Source: Nemertoderma westbladi (lineage: Eukaryota > Animalia > Xenacoelomorpha). Taken from it: a DNA stretch of 64,000 bases. The stretch is taken from positions 38,986 through 102,985 of the forward strand of contig JAUCBJ010007777.1 in the NCBI GenBank assembly GCA_032718475.1. Direction: 5' to 3'. Under the pieces are notes generated by a model. That model was not told the DNA's origin. It made no database searches and saw nothing but the letters and a program-made list of their open reading frames with translations. Shown here piece after piece: positions 34,408 through 47,943 of this stretch (positions are counted from its first letter, which is position 1; each line of letters starts with the position of its first letter). The position numbers were made by a program, and so were the translations under genes.

Positions 34408-36774
34408 CAGTAAGGGAAAATACCCCGAATCGGGGTATAGAAGCAAACCCCCATTCGGGGTTTTGTGATACCCCGATTCGGGGTTCTCCCATAGACATTT
34501 TTTCTCCTTCATTTCCGCATATGAAGATTTTAATTCCGCAATTTCGTTTTAACATATTCGAATACACATTGGTGTGTACTACAAATAAGAAAACTTTGGA
34601 GTAATAATGAAATCTTCCGGCTTCGATATTGTACCGGAAAATCTAATGTAAATTATACCCCGAATCAGGGTATCCAGGACTCCCTGTACCCCGAATGGGG
34701 GCTTGTGATATATTCATACAGCCTGCAGAAGCACCGATTCGGGGTCAGTATTTTCTAGTACACCGATTCAGGAATTCAATTTTCTCGAAAATACACCGAA
34801 TCGGCTCTTTTTTTCCACTCTGACACCGATTCGGTGTATATTTTCTAGTCGTTTTTTTATATTTTTAATGGATTTTTGTGATCAGGTGATGTAATTCATA
34901 TTTTAATTAGTATTAGTGTTATATAAACGAACAAATTAATTAAAATATTTAATATATTTTCGATGCGAGTATATTTGGTGATTTCCTATTGTATTATTGT
35001 TTGTTATTATAGGCTACGTAATTTGTCATCGTCAGTGACAAATTGGCAGTGTATTAAATGGGCCAAGTTTATAATGTGAGCTATTCCTGGTGGCAGAGCA
35101 GTTGCCGCTAATGTGATTTACAGTAGGCTATTACATGTTATTTTTTATTATGGCGTAGGCCTACATTGTCTAATATTAGTCATCCTGGATTAAGTTGTAC
35201 ACCTAGAGGGGTGGGTTGAGTAGTGTTGTGTGTGTTGGAGTCAGGGGGGGGGGGGGGGGGGGGGGGGGACTGGACTCAAAACAATAAACTAAGCACAATA
35301 GAATAGGTTACAACAGTCTTATTTTTGAGAGTAGTCCGCGGTTATTTGCGTCGAATTTACCTTGGAGAGGGATTAATTTTTATTGCGTCCAGATCCCCCC
35401 CCCCCCCCCCCCCCCCCTACAGTAGTATGTTAATTCAATACTAAGTAGCTACAGTACATAATACTACCATAGTTCTGTAGTTTTCACGTACTGTATTTAG
35501 GTTTCACGTACTGTATTTTATTGTCTATAAATAATATGCAAGCCATTGCAATGTAATGTATTCATGTATCCATGTATGCCATTGTCATATATTATAATTC
35601 TCGTATTATAATCGTAATAATTATCATAATAATATATATATCTCGATCTAAAACTGGCAGGGTATAAAATATCTGCTTGCGTGTTATTATACGTGCTTGC
35701 CCAAATGGGCAAGGTTATTATACGTGCTTGCCAGAACGGGCAAGGTTATTATACGTGCTTGCCAGAACGGGCAAGGTTTATACATGACTTGCCAGAACGG
35801 GCAAAGTTATTATACGTGCTTGCCAGAATGGGGAAGGTTATTATACGTGCTTGCCAGAAGAATCTAAGAAGATTCTATTGAAGAGTCTAACCAGGGCGCA
35901 TCTCTGCCTTGCGTCATTAAATGGTAGCTAAATGAGTACTGGAAATTCCTCTGGGGAGTATAGCTCTGGTGGTCCGCAATGGAAATAAGTCGTCTGACTT
36001 TGTGCGCAATCCCTGGCCTAACGGCCGAAGAAAATGTACTGTATTTTACTTCAGCTTTTTTCCGTCAATCTAGTTTCCTTTATTGTTTTGGTTAGAAGCA
36101 CTGCAACTTTAACCAGCTCTTGTCAGTTAATTACGATTAGCTTCGTTTATTGTATTAGTTAAAAGCACCACCCCACCACTGTAACTACAACTTACTATTT
36201 TCCCTCAATTTCGAAGTGTAGTTTCATGTATTGTTTTGGTTAAAAAAAAGCAGCTACTGTAACCTGCTCCTATCTCTTAATAATGGAATTTACTGTACTG
36301 GTACTAATGTACTGGTACTCCGTGTCGATTAAAAAACATACTTTTTGTTATCATATCCATATTTATAAATCAGTTGATAGACAAATAAGACTGCAATAAT
36401 AATAATGTAAATGTACAATATAGTGATATACAGTACCTCCCGTACTTCAGTAGTAGGCCCTATCTATCAATATAGTTACTACATTTATATTATGACTGTA
36501 TGAAACAGTATTGTACTACACAAAATGTAATTTTCGCACTATGAATTCCAGTCTGGCGTGAGTGAAACATCATTTTTCTGGAGGGGCGTAAATAACTCCT
36601 ATACCCCGATTCGGGGTATACCTAATTTTTCCGCTGCCTGAAGATTTTCTAGTAGAGCACCGATTCGGGGTATAGCTTTCTACTGAAAATCTCGAATCGG
36701 TGTCACTATTTTCCACTATGACACCGATTCGGTGTATAGAGCTGTACCCCGATTCGGGGTATTTTCCCTTACTG
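34408..36774. mobile_element. 2.37-kb non-autonomous DNA transposon with 30-bp TIRs and a 5-bp TSD
   Basis: TIR CAGTAAGGGAAAATACCCCGAATCGGGGTA at both ends, TSD CCCTA (34403-34407, 36775-36779), and many subterminal ACCCCGATTCGGGG / CACCGATTCGGTG motifs. Confidence 0.85.
35683..35858. repeat. About 30-bp minisatellite (about 6 copies)
   Basis: GTTATTATACGTGCTTGCCAGAACGGGCAAG repeated. Confidence 0.85.
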
Positions 36775-37639
36775 CCCTATACGGTATAGTCTGGAAATAC
36801 AGAAGTGGCAGTAGGTACCGGTAGCGGTACCATACAGCAGTACAGCCGTACCGTACCGTACTCAATACTGCAATACAGCAATAGACTAGCAATAATTTAA
36901 AAACTTCTAGTTCCAAATCCAAAGTCCTTGAACTGTTGAACCAGTGAACTGCAGTCCACAGTCTGCAGACCTACAGTCTGACAGTCAGACCACAGACAGT
37001 TATGATAGCAAACTGACACAGCAATAGCCTACGGAATAGACCTGACTGCCTGACCTAGAGCTGTAGAGAGTGGCTCGTGGCTGCGAGTCTGGCGTCTACC
37101 AGTCTACTGGTCTAGCACTGTAGCAGTCTAGGAAGGCAAGTTGTTATTTGCTAAACTACCGGTAGTTGTTATTTTCAAGTAGCCGCATGCAGGCATGTCG
37201 CATGTTCTAGGAATTGGAATTGTTTAATGACAGCACGATGCAGTCGGTCACACTACAGTCCTGCCCTGGCAGCCTGGTTCATAGGTGTTCAGTGTTCGCA
37301 AGGGTAATTCTGTCGTGATCATACTGTCTGTACTGTCATATCACGGCTGAACAGAATAAGATAATAGTGGTGTATCTAATGTCGGGGATAGCCCCAAGAG
37401 ACAGAGTCTCGTTTCCATGGGGGTCCCCAATATACAGCAGATAACTCGAATTAACTGCACCAAGCAGCCAAGGATAAAAATAGAAGTAAGACGTGCGGGC
37501 AAAAAAACCCGTGCGTTGCAGTATAAATACCGTACTGCCGTACAATATTGAGTAAAAATAACTGTAAAGTACTTTAATGAAGATACTATAGGCCTACTAT
37601 ATAGCCTACCTGTATACCGGTAACTAAATTATAGGCAGG

Positions 37640-38300
37640 ATGTGGTATAGTAAAAATACATTGGTGATGGTGAATAAAAAATAAATGAAACAATTGGGTA
37701 AAAAAATACAAATACGGGCATAAAAATTGTGTGTTGTAGCAGTAGCATAAAACTGTAAAAACAATGTTAAGAAAAAAAGTAAAAATAACTGCACATGGTT
37801 ACTACTAGGCCTACTATATAACATGAATTTAAAATTGTAGATAGTAAGAGGCAGAGTAAAAATCACAACGGCGAATAAAAAAAATAAATAAAACTGTAGG
37901 ATAAAAAGTAGAAATATTAGTGCGTTGTATCACAAAAACAATGTTAAGTAATAAATAACTGCACACGAGGATACTATATGACATAAATTAAAAATTGTAG
38001 ATAGATAGGAAGTAACTGAGTAAAAAACACAGCCGTGAATAAAAAATATATGAAACTGTATAAAAAATAGAAATAGTAGGATAAAAAATAGAAATATTAG
38101 TGCGTTGTAGAATAAAAACAATGTTAAGTAAAAATAACTGCACATATGATATAAATTTAAATAACATAAATTTAAAATTGTACATAGGAAGTGATGGCAG
38201 AATAGTGAATAAAAAATATATAAAACTGTAGGGTAAAGATAGAAATATGGGCGTCAAGTTCGTGCGTGGTAGTATAAAAACAATGTTCAATAAAAATAGC
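37640..38300. repeat. Diverged AT-rich tandem repeat (unit about 180 bp)
   Basis: AAAAACAATGTTAAG, AATAACTGCAC, TAAAATTGTA and GAAATATTAGTGCGTTGTA recur. Confidence 0.7.
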
Positions 38301-38496
38301 CTATGTATTAAAAGTGTGGTCGAAAATAATGTACACCATCTCCCTGAATTATGGTTGTTTTAAAAATAAAATATTTATATATTAATGGGCAGTTTGAGAT
38401 ATTGTTGTTGCCACTTCGTAGGGTAAATTACAATACAATATGAAAAATTTGAAAGATATTAAAATAAAGTTGTTGTAAGTTGTTGTAAAGTAAAAG

Positions 38497-41210
38497 TTAA
38501 GTAAAATTACTCAAATGGTTTTCAACAATGCCCTTAAGTAAATGCGCTTTCACTCTATGTTTGAAAGTCTCGGATGTCGGGGATTGCTGGATTGTTGGAT
38601 TTCCGCGGGCAAGTTCTGAAGTTGTTTCATAACTGCGGCCCAACGTACGATATTGATTGTGCGCACGTGACTGTGCGTTTTTGTGGTTTTGTTGAGTGTG
38701 CAGAGCCACTTCTTAAGTGCGCTGTAGTCTCGTAAAATGCTTCAAGATCACGGAGGTATTGTGGTGCGCCAGGCTGCAAATGAAGTGCAAATATCGCAAC
38801 GCGTTGTGCGCGTGTTTGAAATAGTGCGCGGTAAAAGCGCGCGGAATTGAAATAAAAGTGCGCGAAATTATGGAAAGACAACAAAAGTGCGCAGTAATCT
38901 GTGCAAAAGATCAAAAGTCGTAAAGTGCGCGTACAGGTGGATGACTGGATGAGGTGTAAAAAAAGTTTACATGCATTCAAAGTGAGAAAATAATTTGCCA
39001 CAAAAAATTTCGCTCGCGTTTCTTTGCATTTTGCACTGTTAGAATGAAAAAATTTCGCTTACTTACAGTTTTGCTCGTGTTTCTTTTTCATTTTGCAATG
39101 TTAATGAAAAAGGTTTGCTCGCTTCGCTCGCGTATGTTTTTCGTTTACATTGTTAAAATGTGGTGTGCGCGGTTTTTTCGATGCATGCGCAGTATATTGT
39201 CCAATATTGCGTGGCTGAAAAATTGTGCGCAGGCGTTGTGCGTGGTTCAGTGGTGGTTTGCAGCCTGGGTGGTGCGGACTCTGTGTATATGTTGTACATG
39301 TGGGATAGATAGATTTGGCTCGTTCACTCTTTGATTGGCAGCCAGTTCATGGTGACAAAGTGGTTGGCATCGATATGGGCGCGTTTATCTAGAGACAGGC
39401 AGAAACGGATGCATTTCCTCTGTAGATCATCCACTTGTTCTCTGAGACGGACGGATGTGCTTGGGTGCCACAAAGTCAATAAGTAGCTGGATAAGGGAGT
39501 TGCATAGTGCATAGGATTCGACGTAGAACAGTAGATGTGTGTCAAGAAGCCGCGAATTTCGATAATGAAATTTCAAGCAAGAGTTCCCCTTTCGGATTGC
39601 TTTGCAGGCCGCGGCTATACCGGTAAGGGTTGTGCATCGAGAGTGAAGCCCAAATAGTTTACGCTGTTTGATGTCACAATATTTTGATTCTTAAAAAATA
39701 CTTGGAATTCGTCAGAGTTTGTGATTGATAGTCGTTGATGTGTACCAAAGAGCATTAGTTCTAATTTATCAGGGTGTATAATGAGACCATTGTCCTACGC
39801 CCATTCTGATACTTGCAATAGAGTTTGTGTCAGCGACGTTGCAATTTCCTCTGCGTTTGATCCAGATTGCACCAAGTTTGTGTCGTCCGCATATTTGATA
39901 GCTAGTTGTGCTTGAATCTTGTGAGTTTCGGGTTCTAGCTTTGTGGCTAGGTCAAGGTCGTTCATGTAGATGACAAAGAGTAGGACTGCTAGACTAGAAG
40001 TGCACCCTGTGGGGTCCCTAGGTCTATCCACCGAGTTTTTGATTTTGATCTACCAATCTAGACAAACTGGAATCTGTTGAAGAGGTTACAGCTTAACCAC
40101 TTTAGAGAGTTTGTGTCTAGACCAATATATTTGAGTTTTAGTAAGAGCTTGTCCCGGTCTATTGTGTCGAACGCTTTCTGGAAGTCTATCCCGATCATTC
40201 CAACTAACTGGCCAGTGTACATGGCCCCTCGCCTCGGATAAAGTCCACCAAGTGTAAAAGGGACATTTGGACCGAAAATCCATGGCGAAAACCGGACAGC
40301 AAGATGTCCAGAATGTTGTTTCGTATGAGATAATCGGCAAGTTGGTCATGTACAACCTTCTCCAGGACCTTTGATATTATTTGTAGAAGGCAGATTGGTC
40401 TAAAGTTGCAGGTTTGCAGCCTACTACTGTTCTTGAAGACAGGGATTACCTTGGCTATTTTGTAGATGGATGGCAATGTGCCTGTATTAATGGTTAGTTT
40501 TACAATTGGCGTTATATAGTTGGCTAAGATTGTGAAGCCATCTTTAAAATTATCGGGCTGATTTCGTCGGGACCACTGCTCTTTGAGGCATTTAGATTGT
40601 GTAGAATCTTCAGAATGGTGTCGTCGTTAGTTGGTTGTAAAGAGAAGCTGTTCTCTATAATACCTGTGTTGGAGTATAAATCTTTGAGTATTTGACCGGT
40701 GTAGTAGTACCCTGACACAAGAGGGAGATTATCAGTTAGTTTTTCCGCAATGGTTGTGAAATACATATTGAATTGGGTTGCTATTTCATCCGGGTCCTGG
40801 GTAAGATAATTGTCAACTTGTAAACAACTGATTGAGTTGCTTGTTGAGTTTGATCGCTTTGAGGGGGCTCCAATATCCTTTAAAGTCTTCCATAGTTATT
40901 TGCTGCTGGATTTCTTTTGCTCCAGTTTGGTTTTAATATATCAGTATATGTTTCTTTGGCAACACAAATTTTAGATACAACATAGTTTCTGATCTGTTTG
41001 TAGGAGTTGTAGTTGGAAATGGTTCTGTGAGCATAAATCTTTTGAGTGCGGTGTGTACTGGTGTATGTGCGGAGTGTATGAGAGTTATTATTGAACTATT
41101 CATCCATGGCTCAGTTTTCGATTTAACTCGGACGTTTCTGTGTGGCGCAATGACGTTAAGTAGTAGTGCTAGTGCAGTAGTGGCGACATTCCTGGGCTTC
41201 CAATTACTGA
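38497..41210 (-). pseudogene. Decayed LINE (L2/CR1-group) ORF2, interrupted at about 38720-39230 by unrelated repeat DNA
   Basis: Fragments KSSGPDEI, KIAKVIPVFK...NFRPICLL...KVLEK, SGFR, LFVIYMNDL, YADD, LQRKCIRFCL...MNWLP and FKHRVK appear in the right order but are frameshifted. Confidence 0.85.
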
Positions 41211-41369
41211 ATTAGGCTGTTAGGAGGCCCCGATTCGATCCCCTCTACCCCTGCTGCCTTGACCGGCTGACTGGGTAACACTGTTTGTCTGAAAACATTA
41301 AAGAAATAGAAAACGTTAAAAACGTTTTCGGTTTTCGATCTTAATTCAATTCAAGTCAGATATCGTAAT

Positions 41370-41766
41370 TAGTAAACGACCGGTTAACCAGGCCGGGTTC
41401 AAACCCGGGCCGTGTTTGGGTGACCCGGAACCGGACCCGGCAAAAAAGTGGCTGGGGTACCGGGTTTTATTAAAATGAACCAATTTGCGTGAATGAGAAT
41501 GACAAGCCTGTTTGCATACCTATATACGTAGGTAGGTACCAGTACACAAAGTTGCCTTAAAGCTGTAGGTCTGTAGGTAGTCAGGCAGTAGTAGCATCTT
41601 CTTACATTTTATATTTTTTTTCTTTTGATTTATAATTTTTTTGGATTTTTTTTTATTTGTATCATTTTTGATATCACAAGTGTGGACCCGGACCCTGCCT
41701 TTTTGAGACATACCCAGACCCGGAACCGGACAAACCCGGCAAAATGTTCGACCCGGTCATTTACTA
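41370..41766. mobile_element. hAT-type MITE with ACCCGG subterminal repeats
   Basis: TAGTAAACGACCGG...CCGGTCATTTACTA with an 8-bp TSD ATCGTAAT at 41362-41369 and 41767-41774. Confidence 0.85.
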
Positions 41767-41818
41767 ATCGTAATATCATTCAGTCATATTTTAAATTATT
41801 TTGTAGCTGATCTGAGTT

Positions 41819-42082
41819 CGGTCTGTCTAAACACCTAAATCACACAAAAAATTATAATATTTATTTATTTCCAATCGTTTATTGTTTTGGTTCCTTCTGG
41901 CTACCACTGTAACCTGCTCCTTTACTTTTAAATTTGTTTTGTGATTTGGTCTGATTTGTCTGTTTGTTGTGATTTGGTATCATTTGGTGTGATTTGGTTT
42001 GGTGTGATTTGGTTTTGGGATTAATTTTTGTGATTTGGTGTGATTTGTTGTGATTTGGCGATTTGGGTGTTTAGACGGACCC
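41819..42082. mobile_element. MITE with (GTGATTTG)n subterminal repeats
   Basis: CGGTCTGTCTAAACACCTAAATC...GATTTGGGTGTTTAGACGGACCC with an 8-bp TSD TCTGAGTT. Second copy at 57504-57858. Confidence 0.8.
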
Positions 42083-42339
42083 TCTGAGTTGAATATGGAA
42101 ATGTTTTGGACCACGCAAATGCATCCTAAGTCCTAACCCTCCAAAGTCATAATCATTAGAAAATTTAGAATAATTTCGCGGAATTTTGGACATTATACTT
42201 GCTGTATTGCCATTAACTGATTAACGCACCTTAGCAACAATTAATACAGTAATAACTGTAGGGTCTGTAGGAGGCCTATTAGTTTCAGTTCACATTTCAG
42301 TGCCCTTGAAGTAATACTGTAGAGGAATAGAGTTCAAAC

Positions 42340-42686
42340 ATGGGTTTCTCTGCTTGGTACATGGATGATTTACCGGAGAACCAAAAATCTCCGCATAGAA
42401 CGGAAGAAACCGTACCCATTTCGGTCCTCGAGCATCTCCAAGTGCAACACTACACCATCACCGACACCGACAACTACGAGAACGACCCAGTCTACAAACG
42501 ATTCGTGGAGGCCAACGGGTATGATTACAACGATGTCATTGAAATCCGACCGGATCTCTTGGAGAACTACGAGGCAAAGATGGTGACCTTCTTTAAAGAA
42601 CACATCCACACGGATGACGAAGTCAGGCTTATCGTTAAGGGGTCCGGGTATTTCGACGTCAGAGATTCTCGTTACCCCACCAACAG
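42340..42686 (+). CDS. ADI1: Acireductone dioxygenase (ARD, methionine salvage), exon 1
   Basis: MGFSAWYMDD...FFKEHIHTDDEVRLIVKGSGYFDVRD is the ARD cupin metal-binding signature (EHxHxDEE-like). Donor AG|GTAAGG follows 42686 (phase 2). Confidence 0.95.
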
Positions 42687-42859
42687 GTAAGGCTGAGATT
42701 CTAACTCTCTAGTCTAGTAATCCCAGATAGGGGGGACTTGCGACGCAAGAAAAATGTTATCCTCTCCAGGCAACCAGGGGAAAATCGACGCAATGGTCGG
42801 CTATATGAATCCAATAACAATGCATTTACCCTAATTACCGTCCCTCATTTCCATGTACG

Positions 42860-45366
42860 TAGGGTGGTCCTTATTTCAATGTAAAATTTAATAGTTGTGG
42901 AAATTCTCCTCTGACCCACCCCCCCCCCCCCCCCCAAGTCCTTTCTTCTGATAAAAAAAAACACTTTTAGGCTTATTTGAACCGCAATCATCGATTTAGT
43001 GGGTGTAGATACCTTCAAAACAAGTGCTAAGCTAATAGTTCTTGAGATATCACACGAAAGCTTAGCCCGGCACAACTCATCAATCGATCATTCAATTGAT
43101 TGCGCCTAGGACATATTGAAATATTGGCATTAACATTTTGTAGGTCTACCTCCCTGCATCTTATTTCAGTTAATCTCGATTTTAGCATTGTCTAACCATT
43201 CAAAGCTATGTTTAGTAAAAAAAAATTCATCACAACCCCATGGGAAATGCTTGCACAAGCATCACTAGTTTGTGTCTAAGCACCATTTGGTACGATATCA
43301 ATAATTGGCCACAAAACTTAACTTTTGGTTAATTATATCTAGGGACTGTTCGTTTAATTTTATTTTGACTGATTTTAAGGTGCAAAATCCAAAAATCTCA
43401 TCTGATTTGAATTTTAAAATGATACAGTGCATGATATACAACAATACCATACTGTACTTCAAAGCATATTAAACGGATTGATAGATACAGAGATATGTGC
43501 ATCCAGCGACCATAAGAGTACTATATGGGCGGGAAGAAGCTTTGAACATATGCATTATACATAATTAGACAATGCTGATTCCAAATCTGACTTCAGATTT
43601 GCCCTACCCCATCAAGTTTTCTCACAATTGCCAATTTGAATTCAAAAAACTTATCGCAAACGACTATGATGAGTGATGTAGATTCAAATGAGAATCAAAT
43701 ATGCTCAAAATCAATCTAAAACTTTGAAAGGAGCTTTGTTTATATGAATTATATATAATTAAAACAATGCTGATTCTAAATCTGCTTTCATATTTGCCAT
43801 AGCATATCAAGTTATTTTCAAAATTACCAATTTAAGTTCAAATTATATACTTATCGCGAACAACTGTAAGGAGAGAAGTTGATTAAATAATAATCAAATA
43901 TGCTCAAAATCAATCTACAACATTGAATGGAGCTTTGTTCATATGAATTATATATAATTAAACAATGGTGATTCCAAATCTGCTTTCAGATTTGCCATGC
44001 TGCCATAGCATATCAAGTTTTTTCACAATTGCCAATTTGAGTTCAAATTACTTATCGCGAACAACTGTGATGAGTGAAGTAGATTCAATAATAATCAAAT
44101 ATGCTCCAAATCAATATAAAACATGAAAAAGAGCTTTGTTAATTTGAGTTATATATTAAACAATGCAATCTATATGGTGAATCTGCTATCAGATTTGCCA
44201 TAGCATATGTTGTAGATTGATTTGGGGGTGTATTTTATTCTTATTGAATCTACTTTCACTCATAATAATTGTTTGCGATAAGTAATTTGAACTTAAATTG
44301 GCAATTGTAAAAAAAACTTGATATCCTATGGCAGTATGGCAAATATGACAGCAGATTTGGAATCAGCATTGTTTAAAAATATATAATTCATATAAACAAA
44401 ACTCCATTCAATGTTTTGGATTGATTTTGGGCATATTTGATTCTCATTTGAATCTACGCCACTCATCACAGTCGTTTGCAATAAGTTTTTGAACTCAAAG
44501 TGGCAATTGTGAAAAAACTTGATGTGGTAGGGCAAATCCGAAATCAGATTTGGAATCAGCATTGCCTAATTATGTATAATACATATGTGCAAAGCTTCTT
44601 CCCATATATTAGTTCTCTTTTGGTCGCTGGATGCACAAATCTCTGCATCTGTCAATCCTTATCTTAAAATGCTTTGAAGTACAGTATAGTATTGTTGTAT
44701 ATCATGCACCATATCATTTTAAAATACAAATCAGATGCGATTTTTGGGTTCTGCACTTAAAATCAGTCAAAATCAAATTAAACGAACAGTTCATAGATAT
44801 AATTAACCAAAAGTTAAGTTTTGTGGCCAATTATTGAATTGATATCGTACCAAATGGCGCTTAGGCACAAATTAGTGCTGCTTGTGCAAGCATTTCCCAT
44901 GGGGTTGTGATTAGTTTTTTTTTACTAAACATAGCTTTGAATGGTTATACAATGCTAAAATCGAGATTAACTGAAATAAGATGCAGGGAGGTAGACCTAC
45001 AAAATGTTAATGCCAATATTTCAATATGTCCTAGGCGCAATCAATTGAATCTACTAGCTCAATAACTACTAGCTTAGCACTTGTTTTGAAGGTATCTACA
45101 CCCACTAAATCGATGACTGCGGTTCAAATAAGCCTAAAATTAACTCTGTACGACCAACAGAAGCCTTCATATCAGCAAACTCTATTATATTCTTCGCGCG
45201 CGATCAACCAGTGACCAGACACTCAACTTCAGTGTGTTTGAGCTACCTTTAATATTTGATGTACATGCTTAAAATTTTGCATGTCGTATTTTTTGACGAA
45301 ATGGAAACATTTGAGGGGGTCAGAGATGATAAATTCCAACCTTTCAAAATAATAAGGACCACCCTA
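42860..45366. mobile_element. Foldback-like palindromic DNA transposon (hAT-like TAGGG ends) in the ADI1 intron
   Basis: Ends TAGGGTGGTCCTTATT / AATAAGGACCACCCTA with near-TSD ATGTAC(A)G. Inverted arms of about 1 kb (about 42966-44200 vs 44215-45140) with about 180-bp subrepeats. Confidence 0.85.
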
Positions 45367-45595
45367 ATGTACAGCATTTGATTGGTTAATTTGTAAAACT
45401 ACGTACTATATATATTAGTTGGCCAGTTATAACTATTTTACTATTAATTATATATTTAATGTCTATTGTCTATTTGAATTATTGTGTATGTGTTAACTAT
45501 TATATATGAAAGCCGACCAACCGACCACAGGTGACATATGGAGGATCGCTAGAAGTCGGCTAGTTTAAATAGTGAGTATTTAGGTTAGCCGAACT

Positions 45596-46333
45596 ACCGA
45601 CCACTTGCGACTTACCCTCAGTTCACTGGGTCGAATAGTCGCCTTTATACACGGCCCAAGAGGTGGTCGAATAGTCGACTCAACGGATAGTCTACATATA
45701 AAGTTTTGCGACTTTTAGCGACCCTCCATATAGTCTATTGTAGACCTACGATAATATATGTAAGCCGACCAGCCGACCACTTGCGACTTACCCTCAGTTC
45801 ACTGGGTCGAATAGTCGCCTTTATACACGGCCCAAGAGGTGGTCGGATAGTCGACTCAACGGATAGTCTACATATAAAGTTTTGCGACTTTTAGCGACCC
45901 TCCATATAGTCTATTGTAGACCTACGATAATATATGTAAGCCGACCAGCCGACCACTTGCGACTTACCCTCAGTTCACTGGGTCGAATAGTCGCCTTTAT
46001 ACACGGCCCAAGAGGTGGTCGGATAGTCGACTCAACGGATAGTCTACATATAAAGTTTTGCGACTTTTAGCGACCCTCCATATAGTCTATTGTAGACCTA
46101 CGATAATATATGTAAGCCGAACTGCCGACCACTTGCGACTTACCCTCAGTTCACTGGGTCGAATAGTCGCCTTTATACACGGCCCAAGAGGTGGTCGAAT
46201 AGTCGACTCAACGGATAGTCTACATATAAAGTTTTGCGACTTTTAGCGACCCTCCATATAGTCTATTGTAGACCTATGATAATATATGTAAGCCGAACTG
46301 CCGACCACTTGCGACTTACACTCAGTTCACTGT
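45596..46333. repeat. 176-bp tandem repeat (about 4 copies)
   Basis: Near-identical spurious ORFs start at 45706, 45882 and 46058 (176-bp spacing). A related inverted monomer fragment lies at about 31990-32050. Confidence 0.92.
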
Positions 46334-47738
46334 GTCTAATAGTTTTATAGATAGAGGGAGATTTGACTGGCATATACGTACATTACATATGTGGGATGTA
46401 TTTACCTCTGCTTCTGTTATTCTTAACCGAACCAATGAAAATAAACATATTTATGTGTTTATTCGCCGTCTCTTCAGTGCATGCACATGCGTACTGTATA
46501 TATTTATTGCCAAATATCTCTGAATACGCAATTTGGTTCTTTACGTCATTTTAATATGGCTGTAGGGGATGTTCCAATGTCGTTGCCCCTTACACGTCCT
46601 CCGTTTGGCTGACTTATTGCTGGAAGTTTGTAACTATTTAAAAAGGGGGTTGTAGTTTCTGTAATATTAAATGTTCCCTGTCATCTGCGTTTCTGTATCT
46701 GGTTTACTAATATATTTCAATTCGATGTGACTTCCAAATCCTGGAAAGCCTATTCAAGGCTGCCAGTGCCTTCCCCTTACGTATTCGATATTATTACATA
46801 TACATATTGGATATTATTTGCAGGGTATACTACTACTACTACTAGGATCGGCATGCTGCATTGCAGCTGCATTTTTAAGAATGCTGTGCCGGCTTGTCAA
46901 CAAAATGGGGTAAAATGCAGGGTATAAGCGCTAGTGATATAGATATTTTTACATACGATATAACAACAAAGGTTATTGTTTTGGTTAGAAAAAGCCGTCT
47001 ATATAACCTGTTCCTTTCCTTCATTTGGTAACAAGATCGTGGTTACTGGGTGGTTTACTGACATAAAAATTCGAGATAGGGGGGGGGGGGGGGGGGGGGG
47101 GCTGGACGCAATACAAATTCATCCCTCTCTAGGGGAAATTCGACGCAAATAACAGCTGATTATTCTCTTACAATAAAACTATAACCTGTTCTATTGTGTT
47201 GTTTTGGTTAAAATAACGCGACACTGTAACCTGCTCCTTTCCCTAAATTGAGAATTTAACATTGAGGTGGGATATTAATTCGCCAAGGCGGGATTTGCGT
47301 CCAGTTTCCCCCCCTGCCTCAAAAATTCGGTATAATCAATAAATTTCCGTTCTGCTGGTACTATTTAACAGATATTCAAGACATTTACTTCACCATTTAT
47401 AATTCGGGACCCCGGTCCAAAACATTCGGGACCGGGACCGGGATTGCATTTTTCGCCGGGATCCTGGTTATTCGGGATCGGCCTCCCGTTTAATCACTAC
47501 TGTGTATCAGTAACTAGTTATATTAACTATCGTTTATTGTTTTACTTAGAATGACATTGACTTCCCACTATAACCTGCCCAGGAGATATTAATTCTCCGG
47601 GATGGGATTTGCATCAATCCCTCCAGCCCTGTCTCGTAACCATAGTAACTTTATTCCAACCATTTTCACCCATTAAAAACAAATCAATTAAATCAACTAC
47701 TTAATATGAAACTAATTATGTTTAATATTTTCTCCTAG

Positions 47739-47943
47739 ATGGATACGAATGGCGGTGGGCGAGGGTGACGCGATTGTACTTCCGGCGGGATGTTACCACC
47801 GGTTCACCGTTGACGATAATGATTACATTAAGGCTGTTCGGTTGTTTAAAGGAGTACCAATCTGGACTCCACACAACATGTCCGCGACAACGGATAATAT
47901 GGAAGAGAGAGTTTCTTACGTCCGGAGAGTGTCTCTGGTATAG
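47739..47943 (+). CDS. ADI1: Acireductone dioxygenase, exon 2
   Basis: Acceptor ttttctcctAG|A. Splicing gives ...[50 protein letters not shown], which matches the ARD consensus WIRI..GD.I.LPAGIYHRFT. Joined protein is 183 aa; the intron is 5052 bp. Confidence 0.95.

Noticed and set aside
42340-42690. ADI1 as a truncated or bacterial-type single-ORF gene
   Set aside because: The apparent stop is inside the GTAAG donor. Splicing to 47739 restores a full 183-aa protein.
45706-46246. Three tandem 62-aa ORFs
   Set aside because: They are translations of the 176-bp tandem repeat with non-ATG starts.
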